Numbered from the stretch's first letter, positions 1 through 10,555 are shown. The stretch is DNA of 64,000 nucleotides from an uncultured Methanosarcinaceae archaeon (GCA_963847185.1 CAWJYV010000008.1:928001-992000), one strand, 5' to 3'. The notes: generated from the letters alone by a model not told the origin. A program made the numbers and translations.

Positions 1-105
1 AAATATTCTATAAATTGCCAGGTATTTTGTTTGAAAATGTGTGGCAGAAGTAAATCTGCATTAAACTTTTGCCATAACTAAAGTCTTTATTACACCTCAG
101 TTAAT

Positions 106-366
106 TCAGACAAGAGTCCAGTCAAGTTGTTTATTTTCTGCATTATAGAGTGTAACTCTCATGGTTTTATCTTCTATTTCATATATTGGCCTGATACCCA
201 GATAAAGAGTGTCACCACAGTTAATATCGAATTCACCATTGACTCTTCCGAAGTATACCCGACCTTTGGTACCTTTTTCTTCTACTGTTATACCTTTCCA
301 GGCAAGATTCTGGATCACATTTATAACCGTGCACTCAAACCGGTCGACTTCACGTATTTCGTTCAT
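106..366 (-). CDS. small hypothetical protein
   Basis: 86-aa ORF, ATG preceded by a purine-rich AAAGGGA, natural globular composition. Confidence 0.7.
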   Translation of the reverse strand: MNEIREVDRFECTVINVIQNLAWKGITVEEKGTKGRVYFGRVNGEFDINCGDTLYLGIRPIYEIEDKTMRVTLYNAENKQLDWTLV

Positions 367-527
367 GAGTATCCCTTTATTGCTTTATCTTATGTCTAGG
401 TAATAACTTATTCAAATAGACTTTTCTGATAGAAAATAATGATTTTTATACATAAAACTATCCCAGAGGGTTCCTTTTATGTTCACTTCGGATTTAATAA
501 TGTACATACATGTCAGCTGTTAAACTT

Positions 528-1475
528 TCAAATAGTCTTATCCAGCATTCCCGTAATAAGCTGCAAATCAATTCCTGCTCCGCTGGTTAACAAGCGTTCT
601 TTTTTGTTGCCCAGCAACTTCTGAGTCCAATCAACAAAGCCACCGTCTACGATTTCTATATCATTAACACTAATTTTGAAATTAAGACCCTGATAATATG
701 TGTTGTCGTTTTCTTCCCTGTTCACTATAAAATCAATATCATGATACATCTCACGAAGGTGGTGATGGATTCTATCAATAAATCCGATTTTGTCAGTATA
801 TCCGTTTCTTACATTCAGAGATACCTTGAGCTCATGCCCTAATTTATCTTTGAAATAGCTTGTATAAAATTTCATATGTTTGGCTATTGCATCCTTTTCG
901 AAGTTGTAAGAACCCGTATCTTTTCCGGAACTGACAATAGTAAACAGGCCAAAATGAGGAACAAAATCATTAATTTTAAACATTTGTCCTCTAGTAACCC
1001 GGCAGACTGCAGACAAATGAACGGAATTTTTTGTATTTTCAATTGTCCTGTTTTTTATTCCGTGTGCAAGGTATATAGCGAGCATATTGGTGCTGTCCGC
1101 AATAAACTCCAGTCCTCTTGTTGCAGAGATAACATTGTTTTGATCAACCTTCGCTATAACAGAACAGCTTCCTAACAGGCTTGCAGGAGAGAGTAATACA
1201 GATGAAAAACCTGAAGCTTCAGCCGTTTCAAGCATTGATACTTCTATTTGCTTGACCTTAATAGGGTTAAGTGTGGATGGCTTTACAAATCTGTTTGATT
1301 CGTACTTGCCTAAAATGTCATTCGGAATGATTTTGTTTGTTATTTCCTTTGAAAGAGCAAGCAGAAGTGTGGTAATTTCAGACTGTGACAGCCTGGTTGT
1401 AAGCTCATCTATTAAATTTTCGTTGCCTGACTTCTCAAGTACATTTTTAATGATATTTGATTCTTTCATTATCAC
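528..1475 (-). CDS. uncharacterised protein with class II aminoacyl-tRNA synthetase-like catalytic core
   Basis: 315 aa; motif-2-like CRVTRGQ..VPHFGLF, YYQGLNFKI, EIVDGGFVDWT and motif-3-like SGAGIDL; no anticodon-binding domain apparent. Confidence 0.6.
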   Translation of the reverse strand: MIMKESNIIKNVLEKSGNENLIDELTTRLSQSEITTLLLALSKEITNKIIPNDILGKYESNRFVKPSTLNPIKVKQIEVSMLETAEASGFSSVLLSPASLLGSCSVIAKVDQNNVISATRGLEFIADSTNMLAIYLAHGIKNRTIENTKNSVHLSAVCRVTRGQMFKINDFVPHFGLFTIVSSGKDTGSYNFEKDAIAKHMKFYTSYFKDKLGHELKVSLNVRNGYTDKIGFIDRIHHHLREMYHDIDFIVNREENDNTYYQGLNFKISVNDIEIVDGGFVDWTQKLLGNKKERLLTSGAGIDLQLITGMLDKTI

Positions 1476-1926
1476 TCTACTTCTATTATCACTCTACTTT
1501 TATTTCTTTTTGTTTTTGATAGATGCTGCTATAAAAGTTGAAGATATACCTCATAATAATTGATCTAAACGCGGTTTTTGGAGGTCAAGAGGATTATTTA
1601 TCTGGCCGAATAGAGATCGGATAGAGTTCAGATCTAAATCATATACAGATTTCTACATACCACTTATTTTCCCCTGCTTCAGGCATCTTCCGGACAGAAA
1701 GTAGGAAAAACTTTAATGACAGGCTGTATAAGAAAAGAAAATTGAGGTCAGAATCCTCTTAGGTCAGAAATCTCTTATGTTCTGAGATCACCTTGAAAGA
1801 TCTGCAAACCTCCCGACATGACCTGCCTTCATAAGTAATGGATTTAAGTAGAATTCAAGTAAACAGGATTCCTCGGATTTCTGTCTGATGTATCTGTGAA
1901 ACCAAGAAACCCTGCACAAGCCTGAT

Positions 1927-2433
1927 TTATGCGAATGGATGATTTGCAGAATCTTTTTTAGCAAGTGCTTCTTCAACAGTTGGCCTGCCTTCAACAGCGT
2001 TTGCTATTGCAAGTTTCGTTGCTTGATAGTTGTATTCGTAAACTTTATCCTTGTCTTTTGCATCCCATTCAATAAAGACGGAAACTATAACAAAGATATC
2101 ATCGGCCTGTTCCTGGGGAATTACTCCCTCAGCTACGGAGTCCATAACAGCCTTTGCAACCGCAGCCTGAGCCGGTCCGAACATCAGAGCAGCTTGCCCT
2201 ACATTCTTTATTGTGACCTTATTTACTATAAGGGTCACGGGCTTTGGCTGGATGTTGGGTTCAAGAACCGCCAGAAGGGGGGTATGCCCCTGTCTTGGCA
2301 TCGCAAGGGAGTTCATAAATGCTGCTTCTACAGGCCCTCCTCTCGGCCCGAGAACCAGGTCTATATGGGCGATTTCCGGGCCCGAACCCACGAGAGCTTC
2401 TCCTACCATACTTTTTAGAATTTTTTTTACCAC
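1927..2433 (-). CDS. fae: formaldehyde-activating enzyme (5,6,7,8-tetrahydromethanopterin hydro-lyase), stand-alone
   Basis: GEALVGSGPEIAHIDL, GHTPLLAV, FGPAQAAVAKAV, NYQATKLAI, terminal HPF; probable GTG start at 2433 after GAGGTG (alternative ATG at 2409). Confidence 0.93.
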   Translation of the reverse strand: MVKKILKSMVGEALVGSGPEIAHIDLVLGPRGGPVEAAFMNSLAMPRQGHTPLLAVLEPNIQPKPVTLIVNKVTIKNVGQAALMFGPAQAAVAKAVMDSVAEGVIPQEQADDIFVIVSVFIEWDAKDKDKVYEYNYQATKLAIANAVEGRPTVEEALAKKDSANHPFA

Positions 2434-2631
2434 ATTTGACACCTCATTTATTTTACAAAAAACCAGCACTCAAAGTCTCTCACTGCCGGAAAAAGTTTCT
2501 TACTATCCTTCAACAAAAAAAGCAGCGGGGGCATTGAGGCAATTATTTAATCATAGAATAATCATTCCTGTAATGTCATAGAGGATAGTTATTCTTGTAA
2601 TACCTTCTCACATACATAAATTATTTGTCAG

Positions 2632-2934
2632 TTATCTCTCGATTTCCAGGCAGATTCCCGAAAGGATCTCAAGTCTTTTGCTCCAGTGATCCAGCCCTCT
2701 TTTTGCTGCGTACCAGTCAAAGAAGTCACTTTCTTCTCCGGTATTTCCAGTTCCAAACCTTGCCCTTAGTTCACTGGATCTGAATCCGTTTTTCTCTTCA
2801 AAATCCTCACAGACTATAGAGTAACGCTTGACCTTGTACTTCGCAACATGTTTCTCATGTTCCACAGCCGAGCGGATAGCCTCAGTTACTTCCTGAGGTG
2901 AAAAATCAGTTTCTATGTTAAGCGTGAAACTCAT
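2632..2934 (-). CDS. small protein, antitoxin-like (TumA-like family); paralogue of 10591..10881
   Basis: FEEKNGFRSSE..RF..G...DFFDW pattern; GAGGGG RBS; clear similarity to the ORF at 10591. Confidence 0.65.
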   Translation of the reverse strand: MSFTLNIETDFSPQEVTEAIRSAVEHEKHVAKYKVKRYSIVCEDFEEKNGFRSSELRARFGTGNTGEESDFFDWYAAKRGLDHWSKRLEILSGICLEIER

Positions 2935-3143
2935 ATCTATCCCCTCTAAGAATAGCCTCTCCTCTCATTAAAGTATTATGAAAAATGATGAACAGAAAAC
3001 AAAGAACAAAAAACAAAGAACAAAAAATGATAAATCGGACAGATTATAACCTGAAGGATTTATCCACGAAAAGGTTGTCAGCTGAAGGGTTAAAACCTGA
3101 AAGGTTATCACCTGAAAGTTTATTATTTAATTTCTTCCTGTTT

Positions 3144-5558
3144 TTATTGTTTTCTTTTCTCTCTAACAGCGAGCGCTATCAAAAGTACTACCATGAACAC
3201 CACGAGGAACCTTATCGGACCCTTTAATCCTGTCAGATCCATGCTCTCAGATGTATTTAGTTTCTCTGTGGAATTTAGAACATCGTTTGATGTTTTGTGT
3301 AATGTAGGTTGTAATGTCATCTGGTTAATATTATTTTCAAATGGTTGTGTATTTCCAAAGGTGATTGTGAATGGAGAAAATCCCGGAGTACTGGCCTGGT
3401 AGTGGATGTACTGGTCATCTCCTCCTGTTTTTTCCGTAGGAAGTGAATTCCACTTTCCATCTGCGTATCTCTGAAGAACAACCTTGTCTTCAGTTTCGTT
3501 TTCTGGAATATCAGACCTGTGGACTCTGAACCCTACAGTAGTATTTCCAATATTTTGCTCGGATGCAAAACCTTCGTTTCCTACCCAGATATTCAGGTAC
3601 TTGTATACCGATCCTTCTGGTTCTATGGGACTCAGGACTGATCTGCCTTTAAGCTGCTCAACTATTGTCATAGTTCTTCCGAGGGTCTTCTTTGCATCAA
3701 ATTCAATAAAGTCAATACAGGTGGTTTCTGGTGTGAACTCGAATCTGATACGATTTCCGGCTGCAATATATTTTTGAGCTTGTACTGTCGCTTCAACATT
3801 ACTGGCTGGTTCAGGAGAAGCTCCCGTGCCTGTAAATCCGGAGAGGTCAGAGCCTGAACTTCCACTACTCTCGCTTCCGTCTGTAACGGTAATGTAGTTA
3901 TCCATTTTCAGAGCACTGTACTCGTACGCGTTGCTAACGTTAAGAGTTATGGAATAATCTCCGTTTTCATAATATATGTGACTGGGATTTTGATCAGTTG
4001 AAGTGTTTCCGTCTCCAAAATCCCAGTAACAGGAAGTAATGTTACCTGTAGAGTTATCTGTGAACTGAACGGTAAGGGGTGGTTCTCCTTCCAGCGGGGA
4101 AGCAGTAAAATCGGCCATAAAGACGTTTTCAACTGTGATATAATTCGTTTTTGTAACATTTGCCCATAAAGTGTCATTGCCTGCCCTCAGGGTAACGTTG
4201 TATGTTCCCACATCCTTAAACTCACAAACTGGATTCTGCTCGGTTGAGTCCACCTGCCCGTCGGAATTGAAATCCCATTCCCAGGCCGACGGGCTGTCGG
4301 TACTCAGGTCAGTAAATTGAACGGCAAGGGGAACTTTTCCTGAAGTTAAATTTGAAGTAAAATCGGCATTGAAGGCGTTTTCAACTGTGATATAATTCGT
4401 TTTTGTAATATTGGCCCATGAAGTGTCATTGGCTGCCCTCAGGGTGACGTTATATGTTCCCACATCCTTAAACTCGTACATGGGGTTCTGTTCGTTTGAG
4501 TCTACCTGTCCGTCGGAATTGAAGTCCCATTCCCAGGATGACGGGCTGCCGGTACTCAGGTCAGTAAATTGAACGGTGAGGGGAGTGTTTCCTGAAGTTA
4601 CATTTGAAGTAAAATTAGCAACTGAATAGTTTGTTCCTGTGTCTCCACCTGTATCTCCACCATCTGTATTACCGGATGATACATTAACTGAGGAACTCAG
4701 GGTATTAAATCCGAAATTATTTATTACTGTCAGTGTCACAGCATAAGTTCCAGCCTGATAATATGTATGACTTGGATTTTGATCTGTTGAAGTGTTTCCG
4801 TTTCCAAAATTCCAGATCCTGGAATTTACGATACCAGTGGAAGTATCTGTAAATTGAATTGTTAGAGGAGCATTTCCTGAGTTTGCACTTAACGTAAAAT
4901 TGGCTACTGGAGCTGAAGTACTCAGGGTTATGGGATTTATCAGACTATCGGATCCAAAGGCATTTGATACTTTAAGGGTTACAACATAGGTCCCAATTGC
5001 TGCGTACGTATGATTCGGGTTCTGGGAAGTTGAAGTGCTGCCGTCTCCAAAGTCCCAGTACCATGAAGTCACATTTCCGGTAGAATTATCACTAAACTGA
5101 ACAGTAAGAGGGTCATTTCCTCCTCCCGGAGTTACAGTAAAACTGGCTTTCGGTTTTTCCCCTACTGTGATATAGTTAGTTTTTGTAATATTACCCCAGG
5201 CAGCTTCATTAACTACCGTCAGGCTAACGTTGTAGCTTCCTGAGTTTACAAATTCGTAGACCGGATTTTCTTCAGTTGAATCCACAACTCCGTCAGAATT
5301 AAAGTCCCATTCCCAGGCTGTAACATTCTTACTTGAATTATCTATAAATTGCACACTAAGTGGGGCTATCCCTGATACCGGTGAAGCAGAAAAATTTGCA
5401 ATTAGTGTTTTATTTCCATCTTCTATACTGCTAAGGATTGCAGATACCCATGGACTGTTTGCTGTATCTATTCCCGGGTCCGATGCCAGAATTGAATAGG
5501 CTGAAGCAGAAGTTGAGAATACGAAGAAAAGAAGCATTAATATTACTGTTTTTTTCAA
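3144..5558 (-). CDS. cell-surface protein with 6 PKD domains and PGF-pre-PGF domain
   Basis: signal peptide; repeated ANF..PL.VQF.D..W.WDFGDG..ST.QNP; TPGFSPF; C-terminal TM helix and basic tail; likely TTG start at 5558 after GGTGA (ORF track GTG 5567). Confidence 0.92.
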   Translation of the reverse strand: MKKTVILMLLFFVFSTSASAYSILASDPGIDTANSPWVSAILSSIEDGNKTLIANFSASPVSGIAPLSVQFIDNSSKNVTAWEWDFNSDGVVDSTEENPVYEFVNSGSYNVSLTVVNEAAWGNITKTNYITVGEKPKASFTVTPGGGNDPLTVQFSDNSTGNVTSWYWDFGDGSTSTSQNPNHTYAAIGTYVVTLKVSNAFGSDSLINPITLSTSAPVANFTLSANSGNAPLTIQFTDTSTGIVNSRIWNFGNGNTSTDQNPSHTYYQAGTYAVTLTVINNFGFNTLSSSVNVSSGNTDGGDTGGDTGTNYSVANFTSNVTSGNTPLTVQFTDLSTGSPSSWEWDFNSDGQVDSNEQNPMYEFKDVGTYNVTLRAANDTSWANITKTNYITVENAFNADFTSNLTSGKVPLAVQFTDLSTDSPSAWEWDFNSDGQVDSTEQNPVCEFKDVGTYNVTLRAGNDTLWANVTKTNYITVENVFMADFTASPLEGEPPLTVQFTDNSTGNITSCYWDFGDGNTSTDQNPSHIYYENGDYSITLNVSNAYEYSALKMDNYITVTDGSESSGSSGSDLSGFTGTGASPEPASNVEATVQAQKYIAAGNRIRFEFTPETTCIDFIEFDAKKTLGRTMTIVEQLKGRSVLSPIEPEGSVYKYLNIWVGNEGFASEQNIGNTTVGFRVHRSDIPENETEDKVVLQRYADGKWNSLPTEKTGGDDQYIHYQASTPGFSPFTITFGNTQPFENNINQMTLQPTLHKTSNDVLNSTEKLNTSESMDLTGLKGPIRFLVVFMVVLLIALAVREKRKQ

Positions 5559-6354
5559 TTTATTCACCTTTATGTTTTTTACTCCCTGCTAAAACTTCAT
5601 TTCCTCTTAAGACCCCGGCTTCCCCCTTCAGACTTCTTGGGCCGTGGTTTGAATGAATGTTTTTAGTATTTTTTCAATTGTTTTTGTTTTTAAAGACTGA
5701 ACTCATTTGTAAGAAACAGTTATCTATTTTTTATACACTATAGAAGATTTCTCAATTATATAAATTATATCTTTATAAGTCAGAAAAAATCTAAAGTTTG
5801 GTACTTTTGAGCTAGTATATTTAAAAAAGATTTATTCATTTATAAAGTTCCAAATTTTGGCAAAGCCTCTTCTTATTTATAAGCCCTTCTCAAATCAATT
5901 TTTTATCTTCTTAAATCTCTAAGGTATCGCTTTTTGTCAAGTGAGTTTCTTAACATCACAAAATCTGGTCGTGCTCATGAGTTATTGATCAATTCCAAAA
6001 AACCGAATATATTTCCTGAATTTGAGAAAAATAAAGAGAAATTCTTGTTCTTACGGTTTTCAATAACTCGTGCCCATTACCTAAAATCTGAAGATCGCTT
6101 AATTTTTTATGGATGTGGCAAAAACTCAAAAATCTAGCCTTTAACCTTTATATCCAGGTTTCTACGGTGTAATGGGGGCTAGTGCCTTGACAATTTAATT
6201 CCTGCACATAGCCTTTGGCAATTCGCCATCAACGCATAAGGATTCAGAGCTTAATAAGTGATTAATAACTAAACGTTCTTTGAAGGTGAAGTTCCAATAT
6301 CTGGATTAAATAAATCAGTACAGAAATAATTGGCGATTTTTGAGGAAATGACTG

Positions 6355-6430
6355 TATTGAACCCCAGAGCATTAGCAATTTTTTGCTCAGTTGCAAAGTT
6401 TTCTTCCTTACCCAGATATTCAGGTACTTC
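6355..6430 (-). pseudogene. frameshifted relic of a PGF-pre-PGF domain gene
   Basis: reads KYLNIWV..[frameshift]FATEQKIANALGF, matching KYLNIWVGNEGFATEQNIGNASVGF of the flanking paralogues. Confidence 0.7.
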
Positions 6431-6545
6431 AGCTGAAATGGTCACTAGTTGAAATGGTCATCAGCTGGAAAGGTTGTCAGCTGAAGGGTTAAAGCCTGAA
6501 AGGGTTATATCACCTGAAAGTTTATTCTTCAATTTCTTCCTGTTT

Positions 6546-8825
6546 TTATTGTTTTCTTTTCTCCTTAACAGCGAGTGCTATCAAAAGTACTACCATGAAC
6601 ACCACAAGGAACCTTATCGGACCCTTTAATCCTGTCAGATCCATGTTCTCAGATGCATTCAGTCCCGCTGTAGAATTCACCATATTGTCTGATATACTGG
6701 GTAATGCAGGCTGTAGATTCATCTGGTTTAAGTTATTTTCAAGTGGTTGTGTACTGCCAAAAGTAATTGTGAAAGGAGAGAAGCCTGGAGTACTGGCCTG
6801 GTAGTAGATGTACTGGTCATCTTCTCCTGTTTTCCCTGTAGGAAGTGGATTCCATTTTCCATCTGCATATCTCTGCAGAACAACCGCTTCTTCAGTTTCG
6901 TTTTCTGTAATATCAGACCTGTGAACTCTGAACCCTACACTGGCATTTCCAATATTTTGTTCGGTTGCAAAGCCTTCATTCCCTACCCAGATATTCAGGT
7001 ACTTGTATACCGATCCTCCTGGTTCTATGGGACTCAGGACTGATCTTCCATTAAGCTGCTCAATAATTGTTGTGGTTTTTCCGAGAGTTTTCTTTGCATC
7101 GAATTCAATAAAGTCAATACAGGTGGTTTCTGGTGTGAATTCAAATCTGATACGATTTCCGGCCGCAATATACTTCTGAGCCTGTACTTTTACTTCGACA
7201 TTACTGGTTGGTTCAGGAGAGGCTCCTGTGCCTGTAGATCCGCCGAAGCCAGAGCTTGAACTTCCACCACTACTCTCGCTTCCGTCTGTAACGGTAATGT
7301 AGTTATCCATTTTCAGAGCACTGTACTCGTACACGTTGCTAACGTTAAGAATTACAGAATAATCTCCGTTTCCATAATATATGTGACTGGGATTTGGATC
7401 AGTTGAAGTGTTTCCGTCTCCAAAATCCCAGTACCAGGAAGTAATGTTACCTGTAGAATTATCTGTGAACTGAACAGTAAGGGGCGGTTCTCCTTCCAGC
7501 GGAGAAGCAGTAAAATCGGCCTTGAAATCGTTTTCAACTGTGATATAATTCGTTTTTGTAACATTTGCCCATGAAGTGCCATTGCCTGCCCTCAGAGTGA
7601 CAGTATATGTTCCAACATCCTTAAACTCGTAAACGGGGTTCTGTTCGTTTGAGTCTACCTGTCCATCGGAATTGAAGTCCCATTCCCATGCCGACGGGCT
7701 GCCGGTGCTCAGGTCAGTAAATTGAACGTTAAGGGGCGCTTTTCCTGAAGTTATATCTGAAGTAAAATCGGCAACTGAATAGTTGGTTCCTGTGTCTCCA
7801 CCTGTGTCTCCGCCTGTGTCTCCGCCAGTGTCTCCGCCAGTGTCTCCGCCAGTATCTCCGCCAGTATCTCCGCCAGTATCTCCGCCAGTATCTCCGCCAG
7901 TATCTCCGCCAGTATCTCCCCCTGTGTCTCCTCCATTTGTGGATGATACATTAACTGATGAACTCACGGTATTAAATCCGAAATTGTTTATTACTGTCAA
8001 TGTCACAGCATAAGTCCCAGCCTGATAATATGTATGACTTGGATTTTGATCTGTTGAAGTACTTCCATCTCCGAAATTCCAGATCCTGGAAGTCACGGTA
8101 CCCGTAGAAGTATCCATAAATTGAATTGTTAGAGGAGCGTTTCCTGAATTTGCACTTGACGTAAAACTAGCTACTGGGGCGGAAGTGCTCAGGGTTATGG
8201 TATTTATCAGATTAGCAGACCCAAAGGCGTTTGATACTTTAAGGGTTACAACATAAGTCCCAATTGCCGCGTACGTGTGTTTAGGGTTACGGGAAGTAGA
8301 AGAGCTGCCATCTCCAAAGTCCCAGTACCATGAAGTCACATTTCCTGTGGAGTTATCACTAAACTGAACGGCAAGAGGGTTATTTCCTCCTCCCGGAGTT
8401 ACAGTAAAACTGGCTTTTGGTTTTTCCCCTACTTTGATATACTTAATTTTTGTGATATTACCCCAGGCAGCCCCGTTGACTACTTTCAGGTTAATATTAT
8501 AGTTTCCTGAATTTGCGAATTCATAGACTGGATTTTCTTCAGTTGAATCCACAATTCCGTCAGAATTAAAGTCCCATTCCCAGGCTGTAACATTCTTGCT
8601 TGAACTGTCTATAAATTGCACTTTAAGAGGGGCTACTCCTGATACCGGTGAAGCAGAAAAGTTTGCAATTAGCGTTTTATTTCCATCTTCCAAACTGCTA
8701 AGGATTGCAAATCCCCTGGAACTGCCTGTTGTATCTATTCCCGGGTCCGATGCCAGACTTGCATAGGCTGAAGCTGAAGTTGAGAATACGAAGAAAAGAA
8801 GCATTAATATTATTGTTTTTTTCAA
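6546..8825 (-). CDS. cell-surface protein with 5 PKD domains, (GGDT)12 linker and PGF-pre-PGF domain
   Basis: tandem paralogue of 3144..5558; likely TTG start at 8825 (ORF track GTG 8834). Confidence 0.92.
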   Translation of the reverse strand: MKKTIILMLLFFVFSTSASAYASLASDPGIDTTGSSRGFAILSSLEDGNKTLIANFSASPVSGVAPLKVQFIDSSSKNVTAWEWDFNSDGIVDSTEENPVYEFANSGNYNINLKVVNGAAWGNITKIKYIKVGEKPKASFTVTPGGGNNPLAVQFSDNSTGNVTSWYWDFGDGSSSTSRNPKHTYAAIGTYVVTLKVSNAFGSANLINTITLSTSAPVASFTSSANSGNAPLTIQFMDTSTGTVTSRIWNFGDGSTSTDQNPSHTYYQAGTYAVTLTVINNFGFNTVSSSVNVSSTNGGDTGGDTGGDTGGDTGGDTGGDTGGDTGGDTGGDTGGDTGGDTGGDTGTNYSVADFTSDITSGKAPLNVQFTDLSTGSPSAWEWDFNSDGQVDSNEQNPVYEFKDVGTYTVTLRAGNGTSWANVTKTNYITVENDFKADFTASPLEGEPPLTVQFTDNSTGNITSWYWDFGDGNTSTDPNPSHIYYGNGDYSVILNVSNVYEYSALKMDNYITVTDGSESSGGSSSSGFGGSTGTGASPEPTSNVEVKVQAQKYIAAGNRIRFEFTPETTCIDFIEFDAKKTLGKTTTIIEQLNGRSVLSPIEPGGSVYKYLNIWVGNEGFATEQNIGNASVGFRVHRSDITENETEEAVVLQRYADGKWNPLPTGKTGEDDQYIYYQASTPGFSPFTITFGSTQPLENNLNQMNLQPALPSISDNMVNSTAGLNASENMDLTGLKGPIRFLVVFMVVLLIALAVKEKRKQ
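7792..7935. repeat. 12 x 12-bp coding tandem repeat (GGDT)
   Basis: GTRTCTCCNCCW units counted directly over 144 bp. Confidence 0.95.
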
Positions 8826-9496
8826 TTCATACACCCTTTCATTTTTTATTTCCTGCTAAAACTTCATTTCCTCTTAAGGCCCCGGCTTCCCCCTTCAGGC
8901 TCCTTTAGCCGGCGGTTGAATTAATATTTTTGTTTTTAGATTTTATTATCCTGTGTTTCAATAATCATTATATCTTTTCTGGTTTTTTTTGTGTATAAGA
9001 TTACGGATTAATTTTACGAGTAAAATATCCTCCTCTTTCGGCAAATCCTCAATCTTTGATTGCTTCAAAAGATTGAGACTTCAAACGGAAATAGATATCT
9101 AGAATATTAAGTTTTCTTATTTGATATTCTCATAAAAGATTTTTCATTGAATATGAAGTGTCAAGCTTTGCTAAAGCTGTTTCTTCATTTATATATATTG
9201 TCATATTCAATTTTTATCTATTAATGTTCTATTTCCGATCTCTGACATTTTAAGAGCTTAAAAATATAATTAGATTATTCTATGGTATTTTCATTATTTT
9301 AAATGTTGAACAATAGGGTAAAAAGAGGTAAAAGACTGGCAAAAAGAATAAGATTATATTTAGGAAATTGCCTCACGTTAAAAAATCAAATCAGTAATGG
9401 AATTTAAATTCTGTTAAAGTGAGAATACTCAAATCCTTTCAGGGCAACTTAGAAAAATATTCTATCTTCAATGGCTAAGTTTAGTGTTTTAAATGG

Positions 9497-9540
9497 TTTT
9501 CAGGAGATTTGGAGGTTTTTTCAGGAGATTTGGAGGTTTT
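9497..9540. repeat. 2-copy ~21-bp direct repeat
   Basis: TTTTCAGGAGATTTGGAGGTT occurs twice. Confidence 0.8.
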
Positions 9541-9543
9541 AAA

Positions 9544-10359
9544 TTATGGCTCTTTTATTGGAATCGTTTCCTTCCGGAAGCAGAAATAAAGGTCGTAACC
9601 CCATTTAAGGGCTTCAGGATCGAAACTGAGCAGGCTCTCGTGTTCAATATATCTTACCGCAGGAAAAACAGTTAACAGGATGAATCTCTCGGTCACGGTA
9701 AAACCTGCAAGTTTTGGTTCGTCGGGGAAAAGATTAAGGCTGACGTTTTCAAAATTTGTTAGAGCCTGCAGATTTTCCCTGTAATCTGTCTTTAATCTCT
9801 GGAATACGGGATTGGTAAATATTAAAGAAATCTCTGCCCCTTCCTCTGCAAGTTTGACGTAGAGAGGAACAAATGCGGGATGAAAGTAGGAAGTAAAGCA
9901 AAATACCTGCCTCGAAAGAAGAAGTTTTTCCACAAACTGAGCGTTGAGTTCAAACATATGGTTTACATCCGGACGGATTAATTTGCAGTCCTTCAACTCC
10001 CCAATTCTTCCTTTTAAAGTTGCGGGTATTCCTTCGAGCCTCCTCTTTGACCAGTAATCAAAGTTATCTTCGAGTACCTCAAGGGTATTAAGAAGAGGCA
10101 GCATTCTATCTACAATTGTCTTTCCTATCATAGAAAGTTCATAGGTGCGGTTTTTCTGTAAAATTAAATTCCTGTCTTTAAGCTTTTTAATTTGCGGGAG
10201 TATGGAAACGGAATCTATGGAAAAATGTTCCAGTATTTGATCCATAGACCTTGGCCCGTCTTTAAGCAAGAGGAGAATATCTTTCCTCCTCTCTGACCGA
10301 AAGACCAGTTCTGTTAATCCAATTTTTGTTCCTATCCTGCTATCATTATTTGTTCCCAT
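9544..10359 (-). CDS. winged-helix (ArsR-like) transcriptional regulator with methanogen DUF1724/FilR1-middle-type domain
   Basis: SERRKDILLLLKDGP, ILPQIKKL, FHP, ALKWG; paralogue of 56384..57187; probable ATG at 10359. Confidence 0.85.
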   Translation of the reverse strand: MGTNNDSRIGTKIGLTELVFRSERRKDILLLLKDGPRSMDQILEHFSIDSVSILPQIKKLKDRNLILQKNRTYELSMIGKTIVDRMLPLLNTLEVLEDNFDYWSKRRLEGIPATLKGRIGELKDCKLIRPDVNHMFELNAQFVEKLLLSRQVFCFTSYFHPAFVPLYVKLAEEGAEISLIFTNPVFQRLKTDYRENLQALTNFENVSLNLFPDEPKLAGFTVTERFILLTVFPAVRYIEHESLLSFDPEALKWGYDLYFCFRKETIPIKEP

Positions 10360-10555
10360 CCTTCCACCGTCAAAAAAAATCAATAATGTATGAATAAACA
10401 GGCAGATATTTATACATTTTGACTATCAATATAATCTTATAAAGTTGACTAAACAGCAAAATACAGCATGAAAAAAGAATTTAGAAATAGGAAAACTAAT
10501 ATGCGAGTATGTTAAATAATGGAATGGCTGGTTGATTAAAAATACAGGATTCAAA

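Noticed and set aside
5934-6137. 67-aa ORF ending in TAG, considered for pyrrolysine readthrough
   Set aside because: Further stops follow shortly; no RBS and no recognisable domain
7751-8013. ORFs with AEIL and VSPP repeats
   Set aside because: Alternative frames of the GGDT coding repeat
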